A stretch of 64,000 nt of DNA. Origin: Nemertoderma westbladi (taxonomy: Eukaryota > Animalia > Xenacoelomorpha). The stretch's first letter is position 1; each line of letters opens with the position of its first letter. A model generated the notes under the pieces. The model was not told the origin of the DNA. It worked only from the letters and a program-made list of their open reading frames with translations, and ran no database searches. Shown one piece after another: positions 51,742-64,000 of the stretch. Location of the stretch: the NCBI GenBank assembly GCA_032718475.1, contig JAUCBJ010008549.1, forward strand, positions 5,161 through 69,160, written 5' to 3'. The position numbers were made by a program, and so were the translations under genes.

Positions 51742-53055
51742 CTGGGGGAAATACATGGAGGTTTATTTACCTGGGGAAATATATGGAGGTTTATATACCT
51801 GGGGGAATACAGAGGAATTTATATACCTGGGAGAAATACAGGGAGGTTTATATACCTGGGAGAAATACAGGTAGGTTTATATACCTGGGGGAAATACAGG
51901 GAGGTTTATATACCTGGGAGAAATACAGGGAGGTTTATATACCTGGGGGAAATACATGGAGGTTTATATACCTGGGGGGAATACAGGGGAGTTTATATAC
52001 CTGGGAGAAATACAGGGAGGTTTATATACCTGGGAAAAATACAGGGAGGTTTATATACCTGGGAGAAATACTGGGAGGTTTATATACCTGGGAGAAATAC
52101 GGGGAGGTTTATATACCTGGGAGAAATACTGGGAGGTTTATATACCTGGGGGGAATACAGAGGAGTTTATATACCTGGGAGAAATACAGGGAGGTTTATA
52201 TACCTGGGAGAAATACAGGGAGGTTTATATACCTGGGAGAAATACTGGGAGGTTTATATACCTGGGGGAAATACAGAAGAGTTAATATACCTGGGGGAAA
52301 TAAAGGAGGTTTATATATACCTGGGGAAATCAGGGTGGTATATACCAGGAGAAATACAGGGGAGTTTATATACCTGGCACAAATACTGGGAGGTTTATAT
52401 ACCTGGGGGAAATACAGAAGAGTTAATATACCTGGGGAAAATAAAGGAGGTTTATATATACCTGGGGGAAATACAGGGGGTTTATATACCTGGGGGAATA
52501 TAAGGAGGTTTATTTCCCTGGGAGAAATACATGGAGGTTTATATACCTGAGGTGAATTATGGAGGTTTATATACATGGGGGATATACAGGGAGGGAGGAT
52601 ATATAGCTGGAGGAACTAACGGAAGGTTTATATAACTCAATTAGGGAAATAAATCAGGTTTATATATTGGGGGAAAATACAGGGAGGTTTATATAACTGG
52701 GGAAATAAAGCAGGTTTATATTCCTGGGGGAAATAAAGGAGGTTTATGTTCGTGGGTGAAATAAAGGGAAGTTTATATACCTGGGGGAAATAAAGGAGAT
52801 TTAAATTCCTGGGGGAAATAAAGGAGGTTTATGTTCCTTGGTGAAATAAAGGGAAGTTTATATACCTGGGGGAAATACAGGGAGGTTTATTTTCCTGGGG
52901 GAAATAAAGAGAAGTTTAAATACCTGGGGGAAATACAGGGAGGTTTAAATACGTGTGTGAAATAAAGAAGTTTATATACCTGGGGAAATACAGGGAGGTT
53001 TATATACGTGGGGGAGATACAGAGAGGTAAATTTATATACCCGGGAAAAATAAAG
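51740..53055. repeat. 29-bp minisatellite (acctgggagaaatacagggaggtttatat), ~45 copies, built on the EB1 splice acceptor
   Basis: Minus-strand unit atataaacctccctgtatttctcccag|gt; the terminal unit is the predicted acceptor. Confidence 0.95.
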
Positions 53056-53059
53056 TTTA

Positions 53060-53363
53060 CTGGTGTGCGCGCAAATCCCATCTATGCGAATGTGTCTTGT
53101 CTCAAATGTTAAATTATCAATTGAGATAAAGGATTCGGTTACAGAGGCAAGTTATTTATACCAAAACGATAAACGATAAAGTCAATAGAACAGGTTACAG
53201 CTCTACTTATGAGAGAATTCAGCAGATAGTTGTGTTGATTTTCCCAAGGAGAGGGATTAAATTTGACCACCCCCCCCCCCCCCCCCCCACCCCATCTATC
53301 ATTTTTTCATTCATTCATAATTAACGGCTCCCTAATTCGTAGGAATTAGGGAGCCGTTAATTA
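53060..53363 (+). mobile_element. Interspersed repeat ending in poly-C and a hairpin; related copy at 61130-61400
   Basis: Shared aaatcccatct, aatgttaaattat, ggttacag, aaagtcaata and poly-C; palindrome at 53318-53363. Confidence 0.55.
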
Positions 53364-53401
53364 ATGGAATTAATGTTGCGGATTGAGGTCGAGCGCGGCG
53401 T

Positions 53402-53896
53402 GATCATATTATATGTTGAGCCTCCAGGGTGCTGGAAGGAAGAACTGGGGTGAGGGTTTTGCCACGTATATTAATAAAAATATTTATGAATGTATAATAT
53501 TTGATTATTATATTTCCGATATTTATCATCACAGAAACTCAATGTAAAAATATCTGAATGTAATTTTGAACTGGACCGAACTAGACCGAATGAAAAACAA
53601 CCATCTGTGTACACGGAACACAAGTGGAGATACGAACTAGACCGAATGAAAAAGATTTATTTAAATAAATTAAAAAGATTATTTAAAGAGATTTAAAGAG
53701 ATTAAAGTGTTTATTTTTGTAAATTTACTTTGAATTTTATTTAATTTGGTTATTTTAATGTTTAATATATTCCGCTGAAGACACCCGAAACGGGCGAAAT
53801 GCGCATACGGACATAAACTCTATTAATATACGTGGCAAGACCCTCACCCCAGTTCTTCCCCCCAGCCCCCTGGAGGTTCAACATATAATGATGATC
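53402..53896. mobile_element. Penelope-like remnant: ~75-bp inverted repeats enclosing a hammerhead
   Basis: 53402-53475 is inverted at 53821-53896; hammerhead at 53768-53815. Confidence 0.65.
53768..53815 (+). ncRNA. Minimal type-I hammerhead ribozyme (predicted AUA cleavage)
   Basis: tattccg-CTGAAGA-cacccgaaacgggc-GAAA-tgcgca-TA-cggacata; palindromic stem III. Confidence 0.75.
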
Positions 53897-54539
53897 TTAT
53901 CGGAGAGGATAAGTCATTCCAGAATCTGACAAGTTTGCACACAGTTGACATTAGTCATTGTGTTTGTGAAAGTTATAAGGATAATGTTATGATTGGCCAG
54001 AATGTCTACAAAAGAAATCATAATAATTAATTTAAATGTTTTCTTAAGTTGTTGCATTACTTGGTTTCCTGAATATAAAATTAGTGGGAGCAAGGAGGGG
54101 GGGGGGGGGGGGGGGGGGTCAATAACTATGGTTTAATAGTTCAGAATTATAAAGGATGTCTATTACGACGTAGTCGTAGTGGTCTGGTTAAGTGTGATTC
54201 GTTCTCTTGGTTCTTGTGGTCGTATCGTAACTGCGAGTGAAGTATACCTTAACTTACCGGAAAAAAATTCCTTGAAAAAAGAATTTCCGAAAACTTACAT
54301 CGCTAAAGATTGATGAAGGAATTATTGCTTTACATGATTTTTATTGAATCTGAATTTCATTCAGTAAATTTATTAAATATATATGAATATCTATTTACAA
54401 AGAATATAAACAAATATTGAATTGGATTATTATATATGGAAATATTGAATTATTGAATATGATAAACATATTTTATCATATTCAATGATAAATATGTGAT
54501 GTTGCACTATCCTCTGGTGTAAATGATGCTCGTTCATAT

Positions 54540-54835
54540 GAGTTCAGCTCTAAAAAGTGCACCAGTCCCGCCTAAATCTCAGAAACGCAATCACTGGGTA
54601 TAATCATGATTGTTATGAAGAGACAAAGAAGCTGAATATTGCTTTCAACAAATGGAAGGGAAATGTCCCCCGAGTAACACGCGATGCGCGTAGTCAATAC
54701 AAGCGCCAATACAGTCAACTTATTCGGGAGAAAAGAGCTTCCTATTTTGCACAAAAAGAACCCAGTTTAATTGAGGAATGCGAAAATGACAAGATAAACT
54801 TCTGGAATATTCTGAGAGATCGATCCCAGTAGAAA
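54540..54835 (+). pseudogene. Decayed LINE ORF2 fragment (EN-RT linker-like)
   Basis: YKRQYSQLIREKRASY...NDKINFWNILR resembles the linker preceding LINE RT domains. Confidence 0.45.
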
Positions 54836-54885
54836 CCTGCAGCTGCAGCTTTTGTAATTATTTTAATCCAAGCGGCCAAACTTAC

Positions 54886-55013
54886 CGAAATAAAAGTCCC
54901 GCTCTTTCTCTAGACTATCGACTGTTACTTTGGTCTCTAACAGCTGGTTATTTAATTCCTCTATCTGGTTTTCCGTCGTTGTTTGGTTGGCCCGCGCCGC
55001 ACCCATGGGAGAC
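54886..55013 (-). CDS. MAPRE: EB1/MAPRE penultimate exon (coiled coil)
   Basis: ttttatag acceptor; QIEELNNQLLETKVTVDSLEKERDFYF G|gtaagt; phase 1 joins GKLRDIE. Confidence 0.93.
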
Positions 55014-55024
55014 CTATAAAATAG

Positions 55025-58000
55025 ACATTATACGACTACTTAAACATTATACGACTACTTAAACATTATACGACTACTTAAACATTATACGACTACTTAA
55101 ACATTATACGACTACTTAAACATTATACGACTACTTAAACATTATACGACTACTTAAACATTATACGACTACTTAAACATTATACGACTACTTAAACATT
55201 ATACGACTACTTAAACATTATACGACTACTTAAACATTATACGACTACTTAAACATTATACGACTACTTAAACATTATACGACTACTTAAACATTATACG
55301 ACTACTTAAACATTATACGACTACTTAAACATTTATACGACTACTTAAACATTATACGACTACTTAAACATTATACGACTACTTAAACATTATACGACTA
55401 CTTAAACATTATACGACTACTTAAACATTATACGACTACTTAAACATTATACGACTACTTAAACATTATACGACTACTTAAACATTATACGACTATACTT
55501 AAACATTTATACGACTACTTAAACATTACACGACTACTTAAACATTATACGACTACTTAAACATTATACGACTACTTAAACATTATACGACTACTTAAAC
55601 ATTTATACGACTATACTTAAACATTTATACGACTACTTAAACATTATACGACTACTTAAACATTATACGACTATTTAAACATTATACGACTACTTAAACA
55701 TTATACGACTACTTAAACATTATACGACTACTTAAACATTATACGACTACTTAAACATTACACGACTACTTAAACATTATACGACTACTTAAACATTATA
55801 CGACTACTTAAACATTTATACGACTACTTAAACATTATACGACTACTTAAACATTATACGACTACTTAAACATTATACGACTACTTAAACATTATATGAC
55901 TACTTAAACATTATACGACTACTTAAACATTTATACGACTACTTAAACATTATACGACTACTTAAACATTTATACGACTACTTAAACATTATACGACTAC
56001 TTAAACATTATATGACTACTTAAACATTATACGACTACTTAAACATTTATACGACTACTTAAACATTATACGACTACTTAAACATTTATACGACTACTTA
56101 AACATTATACGACTACTTAAACATTATACGACTACTTAAACATTATACGACTACTTAAACATTATACGACTACTTAAACATTATACGACTACTTAAACAT
56201 TATACGACTATACTTAAACATTTATACGACTACTTAAACATTATACGACTACTTAAACATTATACGACTACTTAAACATTATACGACTACTTAAACATTA
56301 TACGACTATACTTAAACATTTATACGACTACTTAAACATTATACGACTACTTAAACATTATACGACTACTTAAACATTATACGACTACTTAAACATTATA
56401 CGACTACTTAAACATTATACGACTATACTTAAACATTTATACGACTACTTAAACATTATACGACTACTTAAACATTATACGACTACTTAAACATTATACG
56501 ACTATACTTAAACATTTATACGACTACTTAAACATTACACGACTACTTAAACATTATACGACTACTTAAACATTATACGACTACTTAAACATTATACGAC
56601 TATACTTAAACATTTATACGACTACTTAAACATTATACGACTACTTAAACATTATACGACTACTTAAACATTATACGACTACTTAAACATTATACGACTA
56701 CTTAAACATTATACGACTATACTTAAACATTTATACGACTACTTAAACATTATACGACTACTTAAACATTATACGACTACTTAAACATTATACGACTATA
56801 CTTAAACATTTATACGACTACTTAAACATTATACGACTACTTAAACATTATACGACTACTTAAACATTATACGACTACTTAAACATTATACGACTACTTA
56901 AACATTATACGACTACTTAAACATTATACGACTACTTAAACATTATACGACTACTTAAACATTATACGACTACTTAAACATTATACGACTACTTAAACAT
57001 TATACGACTACTTAAACATTATACGACTATACTTAAACATTTATACGACTACTTAAACATTATACGACTACTTAAACATTATACGACTACTTAAACATTA
57101 TACGACTATACTTAAACATTTATACGACTACTTAAACATTATACGACTACTTAAACATTATACGACTACTTAAACATTATACGACTATACTTAAACATTT
57201 ATACGACTACTTAAACATTATACGACTACTTAAACATTATACGACTATACTTAAACATTTATACGACTACTTAAACATTATACGACTACTTAAACATTAT
57301 ACGACTACTTAAACATTATACGACTATACTTAAACATTTATACGACTACTTAAACATTATACGACTACTTAAACATTATACGACTACTTAAACATTTATA
57401 CGACTACTTAAACATTATACGACTATACTTAAACATTTATACGACTACTTAAACATTATACGACTACTTAAACATTATACGACTACTTAAACATTATACG
57501 ACTATACTTAAACATTATACGACTACTTAAACATTATACGACTACTTAAACATTATACGACTACTTAAACATTATACGACTACTTAAACATTATACGACT
57601 ACTTAAACATTATACGACTATACTTAAACATTTATACGACTACTTAAACATTATACGACTACTTAAACATTATACGACTATACTTAAACATTTATACGAC
57701 TACTTAAACATTATACGACTACTTAAACATTATACGACTACTTAAACATTATACGACTATACTTAAACATTTATACGACTACTTAAACATTATACGACTA
57801 CTTAAACATTATACGACTATACTTAAACATTTATACGACTACTTAAACATTATACGACTACTTAAACATTATACGACTACTTAAACATTATACGACTACT
57901 TAAACATTATACGACTACTTAAACATTATACGACTACTTAAACATTATACGACTATACTTAAACATTTATACGACTACTTAAACATTATACGACTACTTA

Positions 58001-61000
58001 AACATTATACGACTACTTAAACATTATACGACTACTTAAACATTATACGACTACTTAAACATTATACGACTACTTAAACATTATACGACTACTTAAACAT
58101 TATACGACTACTTAAACATTATACGACTACTTAAACATTATACGACTACTTAAACATTATACGACTACTTAAACATTATACGACTACTTAAACATTATAC
58201 GACTACTTAAACATTATACGACTACTTAAACATTATACGACTACTTAAACATTATACGACTACTTAAACATTATACGACTACTTAAACATTATACGACTA
58301 CTTAAACATTATACGACTACTTAAACATTATACGACTACTTAAACATTATACGACTACTTAAACATTATACGACTACTTAAACATTATACGACTACTTAA
58401 ACATTATACGACTACTTAAACATTATACGACTACTTAAACATTATACGACTACTTAAACATTATACGACTACTTAAACATTATACGACTACTTAAACATT
58501 ATACGACTACTTAAACATTATACGACTACTTAAACATTATACGACTACTTAAACATTATACGACTACTTAAACATTATACGACTACTTAAACATTATACG
58601 ACTACTTAAACATTATACGACTACTTAAACATTATACGACTACTTAAACATTATACGACTACTTAAACATTATACGACTACTTAAACATTATACGACTAC
58701 TTAAACATTATACGACTACTTAAACATTATACGACTACTTAAACATTATACGACTACTTAAACATTATACGACTACTTAAACATTATACGACTACTTAAA
58801 CATTATACGACTACTTAAACATTATACGACTACTTAAACATTATACGACTACTTAAACATTATACGACTACTTAAACATTATACGACTACTTAAACATTA
58901 TACGACTACTTAAACATTATACGACTACTTAAACATTATACGACTACTTAAACATTATACGACTACTTAAACATTATACGACTACTTAAACATTATACGA
59001 CTACTTAAACATTATACGACTACTTAAACATTATACGACTACTTAAACATTATACGACTACTTAAACATTATACGACTACTTAAACATTATACGACTACT
59101 TAAACATTATACGACTACTTAAACATTATACGACTACTTAAACATTATACGACTACTTAAACATTATACGACTACTTAAACATTATACGACTACTTAAAC
59201 ATTATACGACTACTTAAACATTATACGACTACTTAAACATTATACGACTACTTAAACATTATACGACTACTTAAACATTATACGACTACTTAAACATTAT
59301 ACGACTACTTAAACATTATACGACTACTTAAACATTATACGACTACTTAAACATTATACGACTACTTAAACATTATACGACTACTTAAACATTATACGAC
59401 TACTTAAACATTATACGACTACTTAAACATTATACGACTACTTAAACATTATACGACTACTTAAACATTATACGACTACTTAAACATTATACGACTACTT
59501 AAACATTATACGACTACTTAAACATTATACGACTACTTAAACATTACACGACTACTTAAACATTATACGACTACTTAAACATTATACGACTACTTAAACA
59601 TTATACGACTACTTAAACATTATACGACTACTTAAACATTATACGACTACTTAAACATTATACGACTACTTAAACATTATACGACTACTTAAACATTACA
59701 CGACTACTTAAACATTATACGACTACTTAAACATTATACGACTACTTAAACATTATACGACTACTTAAACATTATACGACTACTTAAACATTATACGACT
59801 ACTTAAACATTATACGACTACTTAAACATTATACGACTACTTAAACATTATACGACTACTTAAACATTATACGACTACTTAAACATTATACGACTACTTA
59901 AACATTATACGACTACTTAAACATTATACGACTACTTAAACATTATACGACTACTTAAACATTATACGACTACTTAAACATTATACGACTACTTAAACAT
60001 TATACGACTACTTAAACATTATACGACTACTTAAACATTATACGACTACTTAAACATTATACGACTACTTAAACATTATACGACTACTTAAACATTATAC
60101 GACTACTTAAACATTATACGACTACTTAAACATTATACGACTACTTAAACATTATACGACTACTTAAACATTATACGACTACTTAAACATTATACGACTA
60201 CTTAAACATTATACGACTACTTAAACATTATACGACTACTTAAACATTATACGACTACTTAAACATTATACGACTACTTAAACATTATACGACTACTTAA
60301 ACATTATACGACTACTTAAACATTATACGACTACTTAAACATTATACGACTACTTAAACATTATACGACTACTTAAACATTATACGACTACTTAAACATT
60401 ATACGACTACTTAAACATTATACGACTACTTAAACATTATACGACTATACTTAAACATTATACGACTACTTAAACATTATACGACTACTTAAACATTACA
60501 CGACTACTTAAACATTATACGACTACTTAAACATTATACGACTACTTAAACATTATACGACTACTTAAACATTATACGACTACTTAAACATTATACGACT
60601 ACTTAAACATTATACGACTACTTAAACATTATACGACTACTTAAACATTATACGACTACTTAAACATTATACGACTACTTAAACATTATACGACTACTTA
60701 AACATTATACGACTACTTAAACATTATACGACTACTTAAACATTATACGACTACTTAAACATTATACGACTACTTAAACATTACACGACTACTTAAACAT
60801 TATACGACTACTTAAACATTACACGACTACTTAAACATTATACGACTACTTAAACATTATACGACTACTTAAACATTATACGACTACTTAAACATTATAC
60901 GACTACTTAAACATTATACGACTACTTAAACATTATACGACTACTTAAACATTATACGACTACTTAAACATTATACGACTACTTAAACATTATACGACTA

Positions 61001-61083
61001 CTTAAACATTTATACGACTACTTAAACATTATACGACTACTTAAACATTACACGACTACTTAAACATTATACGACTACTTAAA
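55025..61083. repeat. 19-bp minisatellite (acattatacgactacttaa), ~6 kb, ~315 copies
   Basis: Highly homogeneous tandem array starting ~10 bp from the EB1 acceptor AG. Confidence 0.98.
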
Positions 61084-61429
61084 CAATTAAACTAACTTAT
61101 TATTTTAAGAGACACGGGGGGAATGTAACTGGACGGAAATCCCATCTCTGTTAATTAATATCCCGCCTCAATGTTAAATTATAAATTTAGGGCAAGGAGC
61201 AGGTTACAGTGACACGTTATTCTATCCAAAACAATTATTAACTAAAGTCAATATATCAGGTTACAGTTTATATTTGGGGGTAATCAGCTGTTATATACAC
61301 CGAATTTCCCTGAGACTGAGAAGGGTTAAATTTTATTGCGTCGAAACCCCCCCCCCCCCCCCCCCCCCCGGGCGCAATTACCTAATTACCGGTAATGTAA
61401 CTTTTTGAAGGCTTTGCAAAGTGCGCAAT

Positions 61430-61496
61430 GACGTCCAGGTGGGATCGAACTGATGACCTTCGGGTTGGCTGACCCTCTAACCATTCAGCTAGCGGC
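61430..61496 (-). mobile_element. tRNA-derived SINE head
   Basis: Reverse complement has A-box-like tagctgaatggtt and B-box-like agttcgatccc; no full cloverleaf. Confidence 0.55.
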
Positions 61497-61580
61497 TCAG
61501 CTATTATATCTTATACCTTCAGAAATTATATCTGATACCTTGTATGCAATTTACCTCCTCATGGCCTCCCTTCTGTTAAT

Positions 61581-61915
61581 CAAGGACAGGATACGATACG
61601 ATACGATACGATGCGAAAACGGATTGTCGTATTTCGTATCGCAGTATTTATTAGTATCGAATTTCGTATCGTATCAAAAAATTGACTTCGTATCGTATAA
61701 TACGAATAAATATTTTTCGTATTTTCCTTTCTAATTATTTTATAAATCATTAATATTTTAAACAGAGATAACCAAAGATAAACACAACATTATTAATTAC
61801 AATATTTTCTCAAAATTGTTGTATAAATTAGGTTACATTATTAGGTTAATCACATTGTAATTAACTGTAGAATAATGATTAAAAGACCAATGAAATATAA
61901 ATTGATGTTATATAA
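61581..61915. mobile_element. Partial copy of the (gatac)n hAT-like MITE
   Basis: Begins caaggacaggatacgatacg; collinear with the reverse complement of ~49330-49697. Confidence 0.7.
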
Positions 61916-62433
61916 TAAGGCATTCTAGTGAGAGAATAAAATAAATAAAACATATAGTTTTATTCTAGTACAGTATTCTATTCGTTTAACTCAGAACTCT
62001 GAAGTTTTTAATGTTATTCCATATCGGTAACATCAAATTCATAATTGTATCAATAAATGCAGTACCGGTAGTACAAGTTTCAGTTTTGGCGCTAAATGTG
62101 ACGCCAACGCCATCGCACATGGCAGTGGCGCCATTATTGGCAGGAAACTCGATGACGCTGGCAGCGCCATCGAGATATCTCCGAGATTCGCCATGAATTT
62201 TCTCTGATAACAATAGTTATATAGTTATAGTTAGTTCATTTATTGACAGTCAAAACAAAACAAAATTACAAAAAGCAAAAAAAGCACCATAAGGAGCAAG
62301 GCCATAATGTCCATCGCATTGTCGTACATAAACGACAAAGTAAGTAATTTACTTACGGTAGATATAAGTCTATGTATTTATGCTTGGAAATATAAACTAA
62401 CGATTTCCGCCCCACACAGTAATTCTAATCGAG

Positions 62434-62775
62434 CAGGGTTGCCACTATTATAGTTCAGTTTCAATTTTCCCTGACTTTTTGAAAATATTCCCTGACTGCA
62501 GGTAAATACAACATTTTTTATAGAATATAGTAAACTTTATATTATTGGCCGCTTTATTATATTCCAAACAATGTAACGAGGTAAGCGATTAGAGTGGACA
62601 CTGTCGATCTATATATACAGTGATGTGAGGAAATTTAATGACGAGCGAAGCGAGCAGAGAATATTTTACACATTTTCGCTTATATCAAATTCCCCGATTT
62701 GTCCCATTTTTACTAGAATTCCCTGACATTTCAAGAAAAAATAAAATTGACTATTCCAGGTTAGTGGCAACCCTG
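62434..62775. mobile_element. hAT-like MITE with 14-bp TIR and 5-bp TSD
   Basis: cagggttgccacta ... tagtggcaaccctg flanked by tcgag on both sides; internal ttccctgac motifs. Confidence 0.88.
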
Positions 62776-62788
62776 TCGAGGATACTTA

Positions 62789-62893
62789 GGGGGCGTTCAT
62801 AAAGTATGTCACGCACTAGGGGGGAGGGGGGGGGGGGGGGGGGGGAGGTCAAAAAACTGTAAAATTTGCGTGACATACTTTTTGAACGCCCCC
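62789..62893. mobile_element. PIF/Harbinger (Tourist-like) MITE
   Basis: gggggcgttcataaagtatgtcacgca ... tgcgtgacatactttttgaacgccccc with TTA TSD. Confidence 0.88.
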
Positions 62894-64000
62894 TTATAGG
62901 CACTATGAATAATAAATATATATAAATAAAAAATAACACCCCGCTTGTTTACTGTTGTTGTATCGGTATTAAAAAATATTTACTCTGGAGTTCCGAATAG
63001 TCGGGGTGGGTGGAAAATTTTTGAAAACTTAGGCCTATTTACTTAACTAACATACAGTATAGGCGTACAGGTACAGTAGTACCTACGGCTACCGATGGTA
63101 TACTCGGTACACGGTAGAGTTGAAACAGAGACTTGTCACTGTTCTCTGATCTCTGGATTCTCCGGGCTATTTTTTGGTCTCCGGATAGGTCTCTGGTTCC
63201 CGGGTATTGAAAACAGACATTTTACCCAGAGATCAGTGATTTTACAACTTAGAAATAGATATTTAAAAATAGATCCTGTACAACACAAAATGTGAAATGA
63301 AGATAATTTTTCACAAATTTTTTACAATTAATTATTTCTTTAATTTTTAACTATTTTACATAAACCGCTTCAACACAATTATATATTCACTTTTACACTA
63401 TTTCTAATAAAATGTACCGATAATCTTCTTATTAATTAATTTAAGGTGCGTTTAATTTTAAGTTAAATTAGCACCTAAAGAGGGTTCTTATTTAAGGGTA
63501 AAGGCGCTTAATTTGAGCACTCATAATGTTTAAAAGTGATAGAAAGGGCTGTTCTCCATTCAATTTGTTATAGGATAGATACGACCAAATGGAGAGAACG
63601 AGCGTAACGATGCTTGTAAATGGGGCGAGTAGAGCACTATACCTGTGCACTAAGTATTCGTAAATGACTAAGTTTATAGTATATTGAAATGTATATGATT
63701 TGAACAATTGTAAAATAAGTGCCTTTAATTAACAAAGTACCGGTACCTATGGCGCAAAACAAAATTATGTAACATATTATTAACAACAACAAAATAAGAA
63801 CGAATTAATAAACAAATAACCAAATTAATATTAATTAAGCCCCCCAAACTGTACGCGCGCTTATTTTCTTACAATGGGTAAGGGTTGGAATGGGTTGGAT
63901 TTACTTTGCAGTAATTGAACCATAAAAAATAGTTCTAAGGCCGTATGTACCTGTTTGTGTTATAGGGGAGTAATCAAATTGTAAGTACAAAAATAAACAA

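Noticed and set aside
61450-61475. CTGATGA hammerhead core candidate
   Set aside because: No downstream GAAA or stem III; it is the antisense of a SINE head.
61986-63295. Further EB1 exons in ORFs 61986..62213 or 63095..63295
   Set aside because: No calponin-homology or EB1 similarity seen; upstream exons probably lie beyond the window.

Overview
AT-rich, repeat-dense animal (probably invertebrate) genomic DNA; no prokaryotic features and no CRISPR. Three spliced genes can be assembled by hand with consistent intron phases. (1) A 2-exon + strand gene (2207-5670) for a ~125-aa secreted Ser/Thr-rich, probably GPI-anchored mucin-like protein. (2) A 9-coding-exon - strand Shroom-family gene (12044-40285, ~1082 aa) with a C-terminal ASD2/SD2 domain and an FPPPP motif. 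(3) The last two exons of a - strand EB1/MAPRE gene (51572-55013). Most of the rest is RTE and CR1/L2-group LINE fragments, MITE-like elements, SINE heads and nine unrelated minisatellite arrays (17, 36, 32, 32, 22, 63, 39, 29 and 19 bp units). Most notable: several intron-filling arrays are built from, or abut, the host gene's own splice sites, creating tens to ~150 decoy donors or acceptors; 7 of 8 predicted Shroom donors are non-consensus GTT; and there are four minimal type-I hammerhead-ribozyme-like motifs, two of them between tRNA-like A and B boxes. All calls are by eye, without database searches.
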